64,000 nucleotides of DNA from Mayamaea pseudoterrestris (GCA_027923505.1 BROI01000004.1:682001-746000); one strand, 5' to 3'; positions 11,331 through 23,204 are shown, counted from the stretch's first letter. Program-made: numbers and translations. The notes: generated by a model not told the origin, from the letters alone.

Positions 11331-12692
11331 ATGACGAGTCCCCGGCGTCCCGCGGAGCATCGTATGCAGAGAAGAAGAAGATCATGGTTCATGAGCAGCA
11401 TATTACTGCTTGTAACATTCCTGCAAGTGCTTCGGCATCGAGCTAGTTCTGACGAGCAATTTATGGAGTCGAGGCATCCACTCGGCACGCGACGAATGAG
11501 AGCGATACCACAAACGAATATAGAAAAGGACCTACGCTATATAACATTTGGATCATCTATTACATGGGGTGTCGGATTGGATGATTTTAAACAAGCTTAT
11601 CCGTATCGATTGTCGTCCAAAGTTCGCAACGCTGCGAGCCGCATGGGAGGCGCGGCGCTTGCTGCCGCCTGTACCGAAACGATTGTCGGAGAGGATTTGT
11701 TTGATGTCGTGACTATTGAGTTTGTTGAGTTTGACGAGACGCATGTCATTTTGTCCAAGCGTCTCAGGCGGCGATTTCCAAATGCTGTGATTTTGTTTGT
11801 TCGGCTTTGGCATCCGGAAAACATTAGATATACTTCTGATTTTGGTGATATAATAGACTTAAATACTTGGCGAACAGTCAATGGGGGTCATTCAATATAC
11901 TCAAGTGAGCTGGCACTACTCATGATGGAAGCTGGGCCCGCCAAGTGGCATATACAAATCCCTGATGACCCGCTACTGAAGAATACGGTCGAACACATTG
12001 GCGCTCGAGTTGTCATTTTACCCATGCCTGATCAGGAAGCGTATGCGTTCCCGCAAAATCTGCTATCGTTTCTTACATTCTTTGATGAGAATGAGCACCA
12101 TTTACTGACAGCGAGGGGGCATGCTGCGCTTGCTTTGGAAATTTTAAGCGCTGTCAAAAGTGTTAGCTCTCTAGGGACGAGACTTGATGGTACCGTTGGC
12201 TCTTGGGGATCGGGTGATCAGTGCAACATGTGGTACTATAATGGTCAATTTCTTACATCGAGCGGCCAAAAACTCAAATTCTCGCAGGATGGTGACGGGT
12301 CACACAAACATGCGCTCGAATTCATGCCAGGTGGTGGAGCCTGGATTCGCGTGACAAACAAGTTTGAGAGTGATCGTATGCTGCATCTTACATATATGAC
12401 TGCATCGGACGAAGAAGACAATAAAGTCTACCCCCGAACACGAGTTCGAGTCAACAACCGGGCATTTGTTGTGTTGGAGCCTTACAATGAGGGAACCGAT
12501 GATGCTCACTTGACGCGCACCTCTGTGGTCGGCCGCATACCTCCCGGTGAATCTGTAATTTACATGGACCCGTTGGAGACATCACAGCTTTACTTCCGAC
12601 TAGTGGGTGCCAGCCTTTTGAGTGAGGAAGCAATTGAAGGTATTTTACCGATCGATTTTAAACTAGAGCCTGAGCCGGCTGCTGCCTTTTGA
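11331..12692 (+). CDS. SGNH/GDSL-hydrolase-like type II membrane protein
   Basis: N-terminal TM anchor, block-I-like 'YITFGSSITWG' and block-V-like 'HHLLTARGHAALA'; start codon uncertain. Confidence 0.55.
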   Translation: MTSPRRPAEHRMQRRRRSWFMSSILLLVTFLQVLRHRASSDEQFMESRHPLGTRRMRAIPQTNIEKDLRYITFGSSITWGVGLDDFKQAYPYRLSSKVRNAASRMGGAALAAACTETIVGEDLFDVVTIEFVEFDETHVILSKRLRRRFPNAVILFVRLWHPENIRYTSDFGDIIDLNTWRTVNGGHSIYSSELALLMMEAGPAKWHIQIPDDPLLKNTVEHIGARVVILPMPDQEAYAFPQNLLSFLTFFDENEHHLLTARGHAALALEILSAVKSVSSLGTRLDGTVGSWGSGDQCNMWYYNGQFLTSSGQKLKFSQDGDGSHKHALEFMPGGGAWIRVTNKFESDRMLHLTYMTASDEEDNKVYPRTRVRVNNRAFVVLEPYNEGTDDAHLTRTSVVGRIPPGESVIYMDPLETSQLYFRLVGASLLSEEAIEGILPIDFKLEPEPAAAF

Positions 12693-13292
12693 CTTGGAAC
12701 GCCAGCGCTTACAACTCGAAAGATGGTCGAGTCGGAGTTTGAGCAAATTAGTGTTTTTTGCACGAGGCCATTCTCAGGAGCAAAAACGGACCAAAGATGA
12801 AGGACTTCCTCGCGCTGCTTGGAAATAACGAAGAACTTGACGTTTTTGCAAAAGAAGGTGCACGAATTTGCCAGCTCTTTCCCCATGCCTGGCTTCGCCA
12901 CATCGACAATGAAGTACAATGACTGCCATGGCGCATAATTTTAGAACATTTCCTGTTACCTTTTGTTGATTTTTTGTTAGGTTAAAAGGGTGACAAATTT
13001 GCGTCAATTTCCAGTGTAGAATAACTAGATCGCTGGGAGTAATAGCCGAGACATTGCCTGGCACGCAATACTTTTAGCTATGATTTTTTTGCAAGATAGA
13101 CAATCTAGTTTAAAAATTCCTTAATTACGTGATTGACCGCAGTTTGCAAAGTGTCGTTATTGGCAATAGCCTCATATCAAAGTAGTCATGGCGTCGCATG
13201 GCGGAACGAAGACCGTTTTATACTCACGTTCGCAAGCACAATCGTGTGGCTCCAATATGCTGAAAGACTGCAGCTGAAGCTACCCTGAATGG

Positions 13293-15812
13293 TCAATGCT
13301 CTAGTGTATGTGAATGATCACGGGGGAACGGAATTACCAGAGGGACGGTTGTGCCGTGTCGAATCTGAACCAGGAATTTTGTAAAGTTGCTTCGCTGGAC
13401 AAACTTTGATATGGTGGAGCACCCTTGCGCATGTATATGCGTCTGGATAACAGCCGATTCGAAAAGTCCAAGCTGGCATATGACATTACCCACTGCAGGC
13501 CTTGGCCTCGACGACGAAAAGTGGACACTGCCGTCTAAATTGACAATTCGCTTGCTAAATCGCTCATCCCATGATATCTCCTTCATTTCCACTCCGCGCC
13601 TCCGAGTGGAAGCATCGACCGACTGCAACTGCTCTCGTATAATAATCGGATAGTCGTGTCGTCCAGTATTTTGCACGACGGTTCGCAGTTCAACAACTGG
13701 TAGTGACGTGAACGTGTCCTGGCCGTCAGAGCGCTTACAACTTCTCAATGTTTCTCCATTGCTTCGCTCCACCAGAAATGTCCAAGCGGAAACGACACCT
13801 TGCAATCGCGCTTCTCCGAGGAGGAACATTCCGTCGTGATTGAAGTGCGGCATTACATTCTCCGCATCCATACACTTGTAGAGACGAAGCGGTAGGCACG
13901 ATATCCCCTCATCAGCGTCCTCCAATTTCTCCCGCCATTGTCTAACATTGAAGAATCCAAAGCGCTGGATTGCCATGTCATTCCAAGCAACGGAGCCGTC
14001 AAAGTGCCGCTTGAACGTTTTCGAAACTTGTGTGCATCGGACAATTGTCTTTGGATCAAGGAACGATGCAATGCATGAATTGACGCGGGATGAGCTTCCA
14101 AGAATTAAATCCATTCCGTTGCGAATGGTAATGTCAATCGCCAGTCCCTGCTGATTGTGATGCAACACTTGGTCGACGCGGCAACGTTTCGCTTCCATTT
14201 CTTCCGTGTAAACGGCGCCATTTTCGTCCGCCTTTCGTTTGTGATCTCCATTCTTTAGTTCGTTCTTAGTTGAAACCAGCTCCCTCATGAGCAAGTCGCA
14301 CTGAGTGTTCAGGTATTCGACCATTTTGGCAGCGGATCGGACAAAGGTTGGCCTGTCCCATTTCTTGGCTTGCTCGGCAGTCAGCGTCGCTTCCGTCAAA
14401 CAAGTTGGAACACTGCTCGTTATGAAGCTAGAAGACGGTTTCACGACAGTCTGCCACTGATCGGCCCGTTCCTTGGACTGCGACCCTGCCACATGAATGG
14501 CAATGCTCAATTGCTCAATACTTTCGTTCAACTTGACGCGGGCAACCTTGGCGCGATGCTTTTTGCGCTCATAGGCATCGCCCGCGTTGACATTGTTCGC
14601 GTTGCTGCCACTATCGTCCGGGTCGTCGCCATCGTCGTGCGTGGCGGAACGCTTGTTCTTCACACTACCTCCGCCAGTCGTTGCTTTTGGAACATGCGAC
14701 AGTGGCTCCGGAATACTAGGCACCTTGTGCTTACGGCCAAAGCCATACTGGGACTTTTGCTGCGAGGCGCGCTCAATGGAGGCTGGAATGCTCTTGCTGG
14801 CAGACGCTTGATGATTTGCTGCGCTGTTGGTGGAAGCTTGCCGCTGCGCGTCAGTGGCCGCAAACGATCCACTGCGACCAGCATGGTCGGAATGCTGCTG
14901 CAGCGACAACTCTGGTGATGCCATGCCACCACTATCATTGACTATCGATCCTCGCATAAAGTTGATATCGCGCGCCCCATTGACTGGAATGGGAAGGGCC
15001 TGTTGCCGATGCTGTCCCGAGTGTCGTTGCAGCATGGTCGTTCGCTTGATTTCCTCCAGCGGCGTGGGATCGACGGAAAGTGCATCCAGCAATTGTTCGT
15101 CATTATCGTATAAGGCAGTCGTATCCTTCTTTTCATCTTGAATCGATGCCACGTAGTCCATCATTTGATAGTCAAAGAGTTGCTCCATGCTGTCGCCGCG
15201 GAGGCGAGGCTGGTTGGTCATGTCTTTGCGAATGCTATTGGTACTTGCTGTTGCTGTCTCCCTGTTGCCGTTTATCGCAGCAAAACTTGCTGCTGCTGCT
15301 GCTGCTTGTGCATCTTGTCCAATGGTATTGTAATTTCTTGTAGTTGTTGCTGCTGTCGTAAAGGTACCACGCGTCAACGCGCCAGCGTTGGCGTAACTTC
15401 CATGGTACGCGTGCCGGTTGCTTGATCCCAAGAAGGTTTCGCCCAAGTTTTCCGGCTTGTAGTCATTGGTATTAACGCTCCCATCTTGTTGCTGCTGCGG
15501 CTCGTGAAGGTAGTGAAGCTTGCGAAAGGACGAGCCGGTGCGATCCACGTTTTCCACAAAGGTTGGTAAACGGGCATTCTCCTGCAGCACCATGTGCACC
15601 GAGTTTGTCAAACGCCACGTCATGTCGTCATTGTCATGCATGTCATTGTGATTGGGACTATTCTGCAGTGAATGTTGTTGATCTCCGTCGTGATGCTGCG
15701 GAGAAGAGGCGCTCAGCGTATCGTCAAAGCTCGTCATGAGCTCGTCCAAAATGTCCATGGCGTCGATGGACTCGGCGCGACTGCGAAAGTTAGGCGATGC
15801 AGGTAGTGACAT
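13293..15812 (-). CDS. Atypical bHLH-like plus F-box protein
   Basis: 'ERKKHRAKVARVKLNESIEQL...KKWDRPTFVRSAAKMVEYL' is HLH-like; 'IASFLDPKTIVRCTQVSKTF..W..MAIQRFG' is F-box-like; long low-complexity N-terminus. Confidence 0.7.
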   Translation of the reverse strand: MSLPASPNFRSRAESIDAMDILDELMTSFDDTLSASSPQHHDGDQQHSLQNSPNHNDMHDNDDMTWRLTNSVHMVLQENARLPTFVENVDRTGSSFRKLHYLHEPQQQQDGSVNTNDYKPENLGETFLGSSNRHAYHGSYANAGALTRGTFTTAATTTRNYNTIGQDAQAAAAAASFAAINGNRETATASTNSIRKDMTNQPRLRGDSMEQLFDYQMMDYVASIQDEKKDTTALYDNDEQLLDALSVDPTPLEEIKRTTMLQRHSGQHRQQALPIPVNGARDINFMRGSIVNDSGGMASPELSLQQHSDHAGRSGSFAATDAQRQASTNSAANHQASASKSIPASIERASQQKSQYGFGRKHKVPSIPEPLSHVPKATTGGGSVKNKRSATHDDGDDPDDSGSNANNVNAGDAYERKKHRAKVARVKLNESIEQLSIAIHVAGSQSKERADQWQTVVKPSSSFITSSVPTCLTEATLTAEQAKKWDRPTFVRSAAKMVEYLNTQCDLLMRELVSTKNELKNGDHKRKADENGAVYTEEMEAKRCRVDQVLHHNQQGLAIDITIRNGMDLILGSSSRVNSCIASFLDPKTIVRCTQVSKTFKRHFDGSVAWNDMAIQRFGFFNVRQWREKLEDADEGISCLPLRLYKCMDAENVMPHFNHDGMFLLGEARLQGVVSAWTFLVERSNGETLRSCKRSDGQDTFTSLPVVELRTVVQNTGRHDYPIIIREQLQSVDASTRRRGVEMKEISWDERFSKRIVNLDGSVHFSSSRPRPAVGNVICQLGLFESAVIQTHIHAQGCSTISKFVQRSNFTKFLVQIRHGTTVPLVIPFPRDHSHTLEH

Positions 15813-16249
15813 GGTTGATCGTTGTTTGTAAAGGGCCAAAAGGGAGCAGCTATAGCTATAGTAATGAATGAGCGATGAGGAAAGCTTTGCGGTCGGCCGA
15901 AGGCATAAGCAATATAGCTGCAAGCAACACAAAGTAGACTATTGGGCTCTCTCTCTTTCTAGTTTATATAAATGAGCTAGAACTTGAACTATCAAAATAG
16001 TATTGGCTATTGGAAAATGGACTCATGCAAGCTTGCTTGGTTCAGAGGATTGCTGTTCGCGGCGCACAGCACGAGGCGGTACCAAGTACCGGAACGACGA
16101 GAACGTTCAATGCTGCTACGACATGATGACGTTTGAAGTAGAAAAGTGCAGCAAACCACTCGCTTGCCTTGGACGACCATGAACATCATTCTTCCCATTA
16201 CTCCACTGCAGCACCGCGACCAAAGCTTGGTGACGACGACGACGACGAC

Positions 16250-16726
16250 ATGAATCACTACCAAGTGTTAGGAGTCTCATCGACTGCGTCGAAGCACGAA
16301 ATCAAGCAAGCCTTTGTAGCATTGGCGCTTCAGCATCATCCTGATCGCTGTCAGTCTGCCGATAACGTTGATCATGATGCTCCACGAAAAGGCAACAGTA
16401 ATGACTCTGCTGAACCATTTCATCGCATCCAATTAGCTTGGGATTGCCTGCAAGACTTGCAGCTGCGACAGCAATATGATCAAGCACTCTTTCTGCAAAG
16501 GCAGCAGCATAACGGCAAGCGACAGTCAGCCGTTAGCATTCGCATTGAAGACTGCTATACAACAAGACCGAACAGTGACGACAACCTGAATGGCTGCTGC
16601 TTCTACAAGTGTCGATGCGGACAAGAGTTGGATGTTTACAATGAAGTGAATGACCTGCTCGACTGTACAGCCTGCAGTTTGGTGTATGACACAAAACTAA
16701 TCTTTCAAGATGAACAAGCAGCATGA
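16250..16726 (+). CDS. DPH4: Diphthamide biosynthesis J-protein (DnaJ + CSL zinc finger)
   Basis: J-domain 'HYQVLGV..HHPDR' and C-terminal 'YKCRCG..DCTACSL'. Confidence 0.88.
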   Translation: MNHYQVLGVSSTASKHEIKQAFVALALQHHPDRCQSADNVDHDAPRKGNSNDSAEPFHRIQLAWDCLQDLQLRQQYDQALFLQRQQHNGKRQSAVSIRIEDCYTTRPNSDDNLNGCCFYKCRCGQELDVYNEVNDLLDCTACSLVYDTKLIFQDEQAA

Positions 16727-16838
16727 ATGTGGCTACAGATATGATGCATCACTTACAACAACTTTTATGAAAACTTCAATTACTATGATAAAATGTAATC
16801 CGACATGATCCGTCCTCCGCATCGCCACTTGCACATGC

Positions 16839-19076
16839 TCAAAGTTCCAAACGATCATCCATGACCACCACCAACTTGGCCACGGACGGCTGTCGCGACG
16901 GTTGCACCGGCACACTAATGGGCGGACTATCACAAAACGGCGATCCCGGTCGCGTCGGCACACACGGTGGCTCCAACGAATCATCCGAAACATCCGGATG
17001 ATTCTTTTGCAATTTGCGATTGGCCTTGCGCAAAAAGGCCGCTTCGGTCATTTTCGACGATTTACCGGAGGCGCTGCCCGACTTTTCGCGGCAGTACTGA
17101 ATGTAGGTGGCGTCGCGTCGGGCCTTGCGAATGTCTTCGGGGCGGCAGTTCCAGTCCTGCAGCAGCAAGTCGGTGCGCTTGCCGGGCGCCAAGTAAAACT
17201 CGCGGCGGGTGCGGCCCGAGCCGCGGCGAGTCTCGTACTCGTCAATGGCATAGTCTTGGGCGGGTAAAAAGTTCCAGCCAATACTAATGGGAGCTGTGGA
17301 ATGTGGTAAATTTAGAGTCAAATGAGCGTGGGTCAAAACACAATTGTAACGGAATCACATTTGCAAACACCATGTTTTATACTCACGTCCACTCGAGCAA
17401 CTAGGATTGTCGCCCACCACGCGCTCATACTCGCGCACATGGATGCGATCGAATCGCACCGACAGTGGCGTCTTGTTGGGCGTCGTCTTGCAAATGCTCT
17501 TGGGCGGGGCCGCCTTGTCTCGCTCGGCCATCCACGACGCCATGATTCCACTCAGCATCGAGTAGGTGGAGCTGTCATCGTCCGTTCCGTAGCCAAACGA
17601 GTCGTCGTGATGGTATTCGTGCGACTGCTGACGCTGCGGCGGCTGCGGGGGAACGACAATCAATGGTGTAGACGTGTCGGCGTCATTTGTCTTGCTTTCA
17701 GTGTCGTCGTAGGTGTTGTTGCTGGAAGATGCGTGATGATAGTTGCTGCTTTGCGCCGCATCGTCGTCATGTATGAGCCCCTGCAGCAAGTGATCGACGC
17801 GCTTCATTTGCTGCATGAGCTCCTGCCGCTCCTGCAACAAGTTGCTCTTGGAGACGCCGCCACCACCATTGCTAGTAGCGCAAGCAGCAAACTCGTCCTC
17901 ATCAAAGTCATGCTTGAGCGACTGCTGCCGGACCGGACGCTTGGGCAAGTCAATGAAACTGGTCAAGTTCATTTGCTTGTGCGTTTCGGGAACATGGTCT
18001 GGCACCGGCGACGGCGACCATCGGTCGACTGGATTGCGAAAATCGTCAGCGGTAACGCGCTGCTTTTGCTGCGACTCCGACAGCAGCGTCTCCGGAAGTG
18101 GAAAGTCGTGCGAGCTCGAGGTGGACGCCATGGCAATCTCCTCGTCAAAGTCGTACGAGCCTTCCGACTCGGTTTGGTTGTCATTGTCCGACACTTGGGG
18201 TGACGCTGGAAGAGTCGTCATGGTGGGCAGCGCATCGAGTCGTTTGGCGGCCTTGAGCTTGCGGGGAAAGAGCTTGGTAAAGATGGAACTGGATCGCGCA
18301 ATGAGTGGCGGCGCCGTGACTGCCGCTTCTTGCTTGCTGCTGCCATTTGCTTGCTGCAACACACTCGGCTTGGTATTGTTGTTACTGCTGCGACCAAAGA
18401 AGCCAGACTTTTGCCGCGGGAGTTGCGTCGACTGCTGCGGAACCATCGGTTCAAAACCATTTCCAACGTTCACACCCTGTTGCTTTTGTTCCACATTGCC
18501 TTCCGCAGGAGCCTGCGCGGGAGTGAACCAAACGCGACCAAAGAAGGAAGCCTTTCGCTCCGGCAAGGCAGCGGGAGACGGAGTGCGCATGCGATAGTCG
18601 CGTGACTGCTCCTTGGCAAAGTCGGCAAGGTCATACTCGACTGGCAGCTTTCGCTGCTTTGGCGTTGCTTTCGAATGAGCCTTGGCTGGAACGAATCGAC
18701 GAGATGACGAGCGAGAGCGAGCAATGGGTGGAGCTGCAGTAGTAGATTGGACATTGTCAAAGAACCTGTCGTCAATCTTGTATGACTGCTTGCTGTAGTT
18801 GGAAACGACGCGCTTCATTTGCTTCGTCTTGAGTTTGCTCGTCATGTTGCTCGAGGTCTTTTCCTCGTTATCCACCTGCGCCGTGTTTGACCCACGACGT
18901 TGGAACCAGGAGCCGGAGGATGACAAGACTGTCGCTTGGTCGGCTCCACGGGCTGGTGGAGTGACTGCTACGTTTTTGAAACTTGTTTCAAACTCTCGAA
19001 CGAGACGCCATCGATCCGCCTCGGAGCGAGCTCGATTCATTGTTGGAGTCGCAGTTGATGCAACTGTATTGGCCAT
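16839..19076 (-). CDS. Diatom-type hypothetical protein; exons 19076-17387 and 17293-16839
   Basis: 93-bp intron (GTGAGT..CAG) restores the motif 'VRFDRIHVREYERVVGDNPSCSSG|PPISIGW..YETRR'. Confidence 0.75.
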
Positions 19077-19445
19077 GGCTCCTATGTTCTGATCACTATT
19101 GAATCGATTTCTAGTCTCTCAATATGTGAATGAACCGAAGCAGTCGAGTCGATCGAAAGGATCGAGGCAACTTATTCGTTTCCTTTTTCGACCGCCGCGA
19201 ACATGTTCGGAGTTCGGTCAGTCCCAGTCACAAATGTCATGGGGTCGTGGATTCGTTTTCATGATCGTAAGCGAGTGTCGCGGGATCCGGGTTATTCAAG
19301 GTGAACCGATGCGACAGTTGATTTTGCCTCATCATCACAATCGCATCGACATTACAACATCACACAATCCTCGTCGTTTGAATCCCACAGAGGCTCCCAT
19401 CATTTCTCACACTCACTTGTCAATTACGATCGCCCTTGTTCCGTC

Positions 19446-20561
19446 ATGGATTTGCTGAAAAAGGAAATGGAACGGAAGCGACAGGCGCTCGCGTCGGCCA
19501 AGGCAGCAGCAGCCACATTGACGCAGAATCATCCATCCACCAACGGCAGCAACAACAATGGTAAACGATACATCAAGGCTAGCGACTTGCGACGCTTCCA
19601 GGAGCAAAATGAAGAGACAAACGTGGCCAATCGCAAGCGAGAGAGAGCGAGCAGAGAAAACGCGGACGAGCAGCAACACACTGACGAAACAATAACGTCG
19701 GCGACGAAGCATGCGAAAACTGATCCCGTCGACAAGGAACGGAGCACGAAAGCAACAGACAGCAGTAGCACCAAAATGGAAGAAGTAATTGAGAATTACT
19801 CGTCTCAAGAATTGACAATAAAGCTGCGTCAACTTGGTCTTGCCGTCCGCTTGTTTGGAGAAGAAAATGACAGCCGCAAACTGCGACTGCGCGAAGCAAT
19901 GACGCTGCAGCATGAGCAAATGGCATCCGTGACGGAACAAAACGAGTTTCGCCTTGGTCATGGGCATGGGATTCGTAATCCCTTTTTGGAGCGAAATGAA
20001 GATGCAGCATCTGCAGCTCATGATACTGTCGAACAGAAACCACGAGACGCCAAGGCGATGGCAGCGGAGGAGGAGGATATTTCCGATGATCCCAATAAGC
20101 GTATCCATCGCTACTTGAAAGGCCTATTGAAGCAGTGGGAGGACGATCTCGTGGGGCGGCCAGAGGAGGAAAAGCGATCCGTCGCTGGACGCAACGAAAC
20201 CAAAACGTACAAGCAATGCAAGGATTACATACGACCGCTCTTCAAGCTTTGCAAGAAGCGGCAATTGGAGGAAAGCATTGTCAGTCACTTGATCAAGATT
20301 ATTGACTTTTGCGAGCAGGAGGAGTTTGTCAAAGCAAACGATACGTACATGGACTTGGCGATTGGACGCGCCGCGTGGCCCATTGGAGTGACCATGGTCG
20401 GTATCCATGCCCGGTCTGGCCGCGAAAAGATTGCCTCTGGCAATGTTGCTCACGTGATGAACTCGGAGCTTCAGCGCAAGTACTTGACAAGTGTCAAGCG
20501 GCTCATGACGTTTGCGCAAAAGAAGAGTGACGTGGACCCAAGTAAAAAGGTTTCCATGTAA
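19446..20561 (+). CDS. PRP18: Pre-mRNA splicing factor Prp18
   Basis: 'AIGRAAWPIGVTMVGIHARSGREKI..AHVMNSELQRKYLTSVKRLMT' plus PRP4-like 'LRQLGLAVRLFGE'. Confidence 0.95.
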   Translation: MDLLKKEMERKRQALASAKAAAATLTQNHPSTNGSNNNGKRYIKASDLRRFQEQNEETNVANRKRERASRENADEQQHTDETITSATKHAKTDPVDKERSTKATDSSSTKMEEVIENYSSQELTIKLRQLGLAVRLFGEENDSRKLRLREAMTLQHEQMASVTEQNEFRLGHGHGIRNPFLERNEDAASAAHDTVEQKPRDAKAMAAEEEDISDDPNKRIHRYLKGLLKQWEDDLVGRPEEEKRSVAGRNETKTYKQCKDYIRPLFKLCKKRQLEESIVSHLIKIIDFCEQEEFVKANDTYMDLAIGRAAWPIGVTMVGIHARSGREKIASGNVAHVMNSELQRKYLTSVKRLMTFAQKKSDVDPSKKVSM

Positions 20562-20692
20562 TTGACTTGATGCTGACATGTTAAATTCGTCTACCGTACA
20601 CTTTTTAATACATCTACGGTATCCTGTACGGTACGCTCCCTTGTAGATATACGTACATCCAACCCGAACAATCTAATATGGCATTATATCAA

Positions 20693-22279
20693 TTAAAAGA
20701 TTGTCACCAAGACAAACGCTGAATAGAGCAGTGCAATTGGATACGCCATCAAGTATCGCTGCGCCCGCATGTTGCATCCAACCTCCAAGAGTCGCGTGCT
20801 GGCAACGGTACTCCAAAGCACCGTCAACACTCCCAAGAATCGTAACATGAGTAAAACAGTCGCGTTATGCTGCAACATTAACATGCTAAACAGAATCTTG
20901 ATTGCGGCGAGTACATTGACTGGTAGTAGCGCGTAGCCAAGAATACTCGTCGTGGTCCAAATGGAAATCGACACTGGCTCGTGTTGCTGCTGCACCATGA
21001 CATGGTCGTACGCACTTCCCAGCGACCCCTTCATCAAGTTCAACACCAAGGCCAGTGCGCCGCATCCAAACACGCTCAACCCGTAAATGTATCCAAACGA
21101 GTGAAGCTTGCCGGTCAGTAGCAGTTCCGCTCCCAGCAGCAAGGCAAACACCAACGGACCGGCCAAATCAGAGTCCTGCATCATGCTTGAAGTAGTTTCA
21201 GTGTAACCCGTCGGCTGCGACAGACTGTTTGTCTTCAAAAAGGGTAGTCGCGCGAACGGAAGAACCACCGCCTTGGTTTTGAAGAAAATATGCGACATGT
21301 TGATGCCGAGTTCCTCCAGCAGCGGAGGCTCGTCCAAAAAGTCGTTATTGTTATAGTAGCTACTGCTAGCGGTATTCGCTGCTGTCAGTTGCGGCGTAAA
21401 GTAGGCTGGCGTCGTGGTTGCTGCATCCATGCTGCCAGCAAATAATGATGATGCAGTATTGGCGGTGGCCGATGTGCTCATCCAGCCGGAGAAATCATTG
21501 TTGTTTTCAAATGTCGAATTGACATTGTAACTAGTAGATGCCGCAGTAGCTGGTTGCGCATACTGCTGCTGCTGAAATGGTTGCGTTTGCGAGTAAAAAT
21601 TGCTATTGGTAGCAGCAGCATCTGCAAAGGCAGGCGCTTGCGTCGGAGCTGCTTGCAATTGACTCGAAGAAGAAGCTCCTGTTCCTGCATTTACAATCCC
21701 GTTATATCTGGACGCAGAAGGATCAGATGGAGTGAAAATGGCTGGCTGCGGCTGCACGGAACTGAATTTGTTTGCTTCGTGCTGCTGCTGTTGCTGCTGC
21801 TGTTGCGAAGGCTGATAGAATCCAATGGGAGTTGGTGCAGTTGCTGCTGCTGCCGCTCCAGTAGGTTGCGGCAAGCGCGTCGAGGATCGATTCGTCGCCG
21901 TCGCCCTCGCTGGACGAGTCTGCATCATTTGGTGACGATTCGTTCGAACGCTTGTGGTTGCTGGCGCGTTGGTTCCCATGGGCCGAGGTCCAGTCGCAGT
22001 GACGGAACGAGTCGTTGTTGTTGCAGAGGCAGGAGTAGGAGCTGCTGCCGAGAGTTTTGTATCACTTGCAGCAGCAGCGGAATGGCTTTGAACTGTCGCT
22101 CTGCTCGCTGCTGCTGCTAGCGAGGAAGATGGTTGCCGAGGAGCTTGAGGAGGTTGCTGTTGCTGCTGCTGAGCTGGAGTAACTCGATGGGGAGGCGGTG
22201 GTGGAGGAGCCTTGGCGCGAGTGGCTCCAGCACCTGCACTTTTCGAGTCACTGAAATCATTGAAAAACTCGTCTGACAT
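20693..22279 (-). CDS. YIP1: Yip1 domain protein (YIPF5/Yip1A-like)
   Basis: 'DEPPLLEELGIN..HIFFKTKAV', 'DSDLAGPLVFAL', 'SILGYALLP', 'YPIALLY'; multi-TM C-terminus. Confidence 0.9.
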   Translation of the reverse strand: MSDEFFNDFSDSKSAGAGATRAKAPPPPPPHRVTPAQQQQQQPPQAPRQPSSSLAAAASRATVQSHSAAAASDTKLSAAAPTPASATTTTRSVTATGPRPMGTNAPATTSVRTNRHQMMQTRPARATATNRSSTRLPQPTGAAAAATAPTPIGFYQPSQQQQQQQQHEANKFSSVQPQPAIFTPSDPSASRYNGIVNAGTGASSSSQLQAAPTQAPAFADAAATNSNFYSQTQPFQQQQYAQPATAASTSYNVNSTFENNNDFSGWMSTSATANTASSLFAGSMDAATTTPAYFTPQLTAANTASSSYYNNNDFLDEPPLLEELGINMSHIFFKTKAVVLPFARLPFLKTNSLSQPTGYTETTSSMMQDSDLAGPLVFALLLGAELLLTGKLHSFGYIYGLSVFGCGALALVLNLMKGSLGSAYDHVMVQQQHEPVSISIWTTTSILGYALLPVNVLAAIKILFSMLMLQHNATVLLMLRFLGVLTVLWSTVASTRLLEVGCNMRAQRYLMAYPIALLYSAFVLVTIF

Positions 22280-22586
22280 TGTAGTGTATTTGATTAGCTA
22301 TGTTTAGCTGTGGAGCAGCTGAATAAATAGATAGCAACGCGTTTTAGATAAAGACCAAGATGCTGTTATTAGCGTCGGATCGTTTGTCGACGTCATGGTC
22401 ATTCTTTCCGTTCGCGCCTCGGGCGACGGACAGGTGGGGTGTGACGTAGCGGCACCCACAGTGCACGACCGAGCGGTACTGAATTTTGGCGAACTGTGTT
22501 CTTCCCGCACCTCGATTCGTTTGAGAAGCTTCTCTGCTGCTTACATCAAAGCACCATCCATGATCACCGACACATGCTCATAGATT

Positions 22587-23204
22587 ATGCCACCTGCAGC
22601 TACAACAGATACAACACATACAACACCCTTGTTGAACGTTGACGAGGAGATTGCCATTGCGTCTCACATTGCCGCCACACCCGAGGAAGTCGCCGGCAAT
22701 TGGCACTACTTGTTTCTCACGGGCCTCATTGACACTGTTGTTGGAGTTGCGTGCCTAGTGGCGCCCCTGCTGGCGACGCAGGTGGTGTCGCTGGTGCTCG
22801 TGGTGCTCGTCTTTTGCACCGGACTCTTCAACGTGTCCACCGTTTGCGTCACGGAACGTGGATACCAGCACCAATTCTTTTGGGTTGGAGTTGTGGAAAT
22901 TTTTGTTGCCATGATCCTCTACTTTCATCGACTTGGAACCATGACGTTGTTGACCATTTTGATTGCCGTTTCGTTCATGATCTTTGGTTCACTGGAAATG
23001 ACAGTGGCCCAGCAGGATGAGCGCATGGCTGCCCGCGGCTTGACATTCTTTTCGGGTATTTTGACGTTGATTTTGAGCATTCTGATCATTGTGGTCATGC
23101 CTATAACGCAGTGGGATACTGTGGGAGTGTTGCTTGGAGCGAATCTGATCAACATTGGCATTTGCCGGGTCATTGTTGCGTTGTATGGACGCAGCATATT
23201 GTAA
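22587..23204 (+). CDS. HdeD/DUF308-like multi-pass membrane protein
   Basis: About 6 TM helices with repeated 'W..L..G.I...VG...L..P' and 'GVLLGANLI..G' patterns. Confidence 0.65.
   Translation: MPPAATTDTTHTTPLLNVDEEIAIASHIAATPEEVAGNWHYLFLTGLIDTVVGVACLVAPLLATQVVSLVLVVLVFCTGLFNVSTVCVTERGYQHQFFWVGVVEIFVAMILYFHRLGTMTLLTILIAVSFMIFGSLEMTVAQQDERMAARGLTFFSGILTLILSILIIVVMPITQWDTVGVLLGANLINIGICRVIVALYGRSIL

Noticed and set aside
17322..18597. Long plus-strand ORFs (293 and 260 aa), and similarly 33282-34112 and 61819-62661
   Set aside because: Antisense shadows of real genes, with no motifs of their own.
20592..20634. 9-bp inverted repeat between PRP18 and YIP1, and an 8-bp one near 59058-59088
   Set aside because: Too short to exceed chance in 64 kb.
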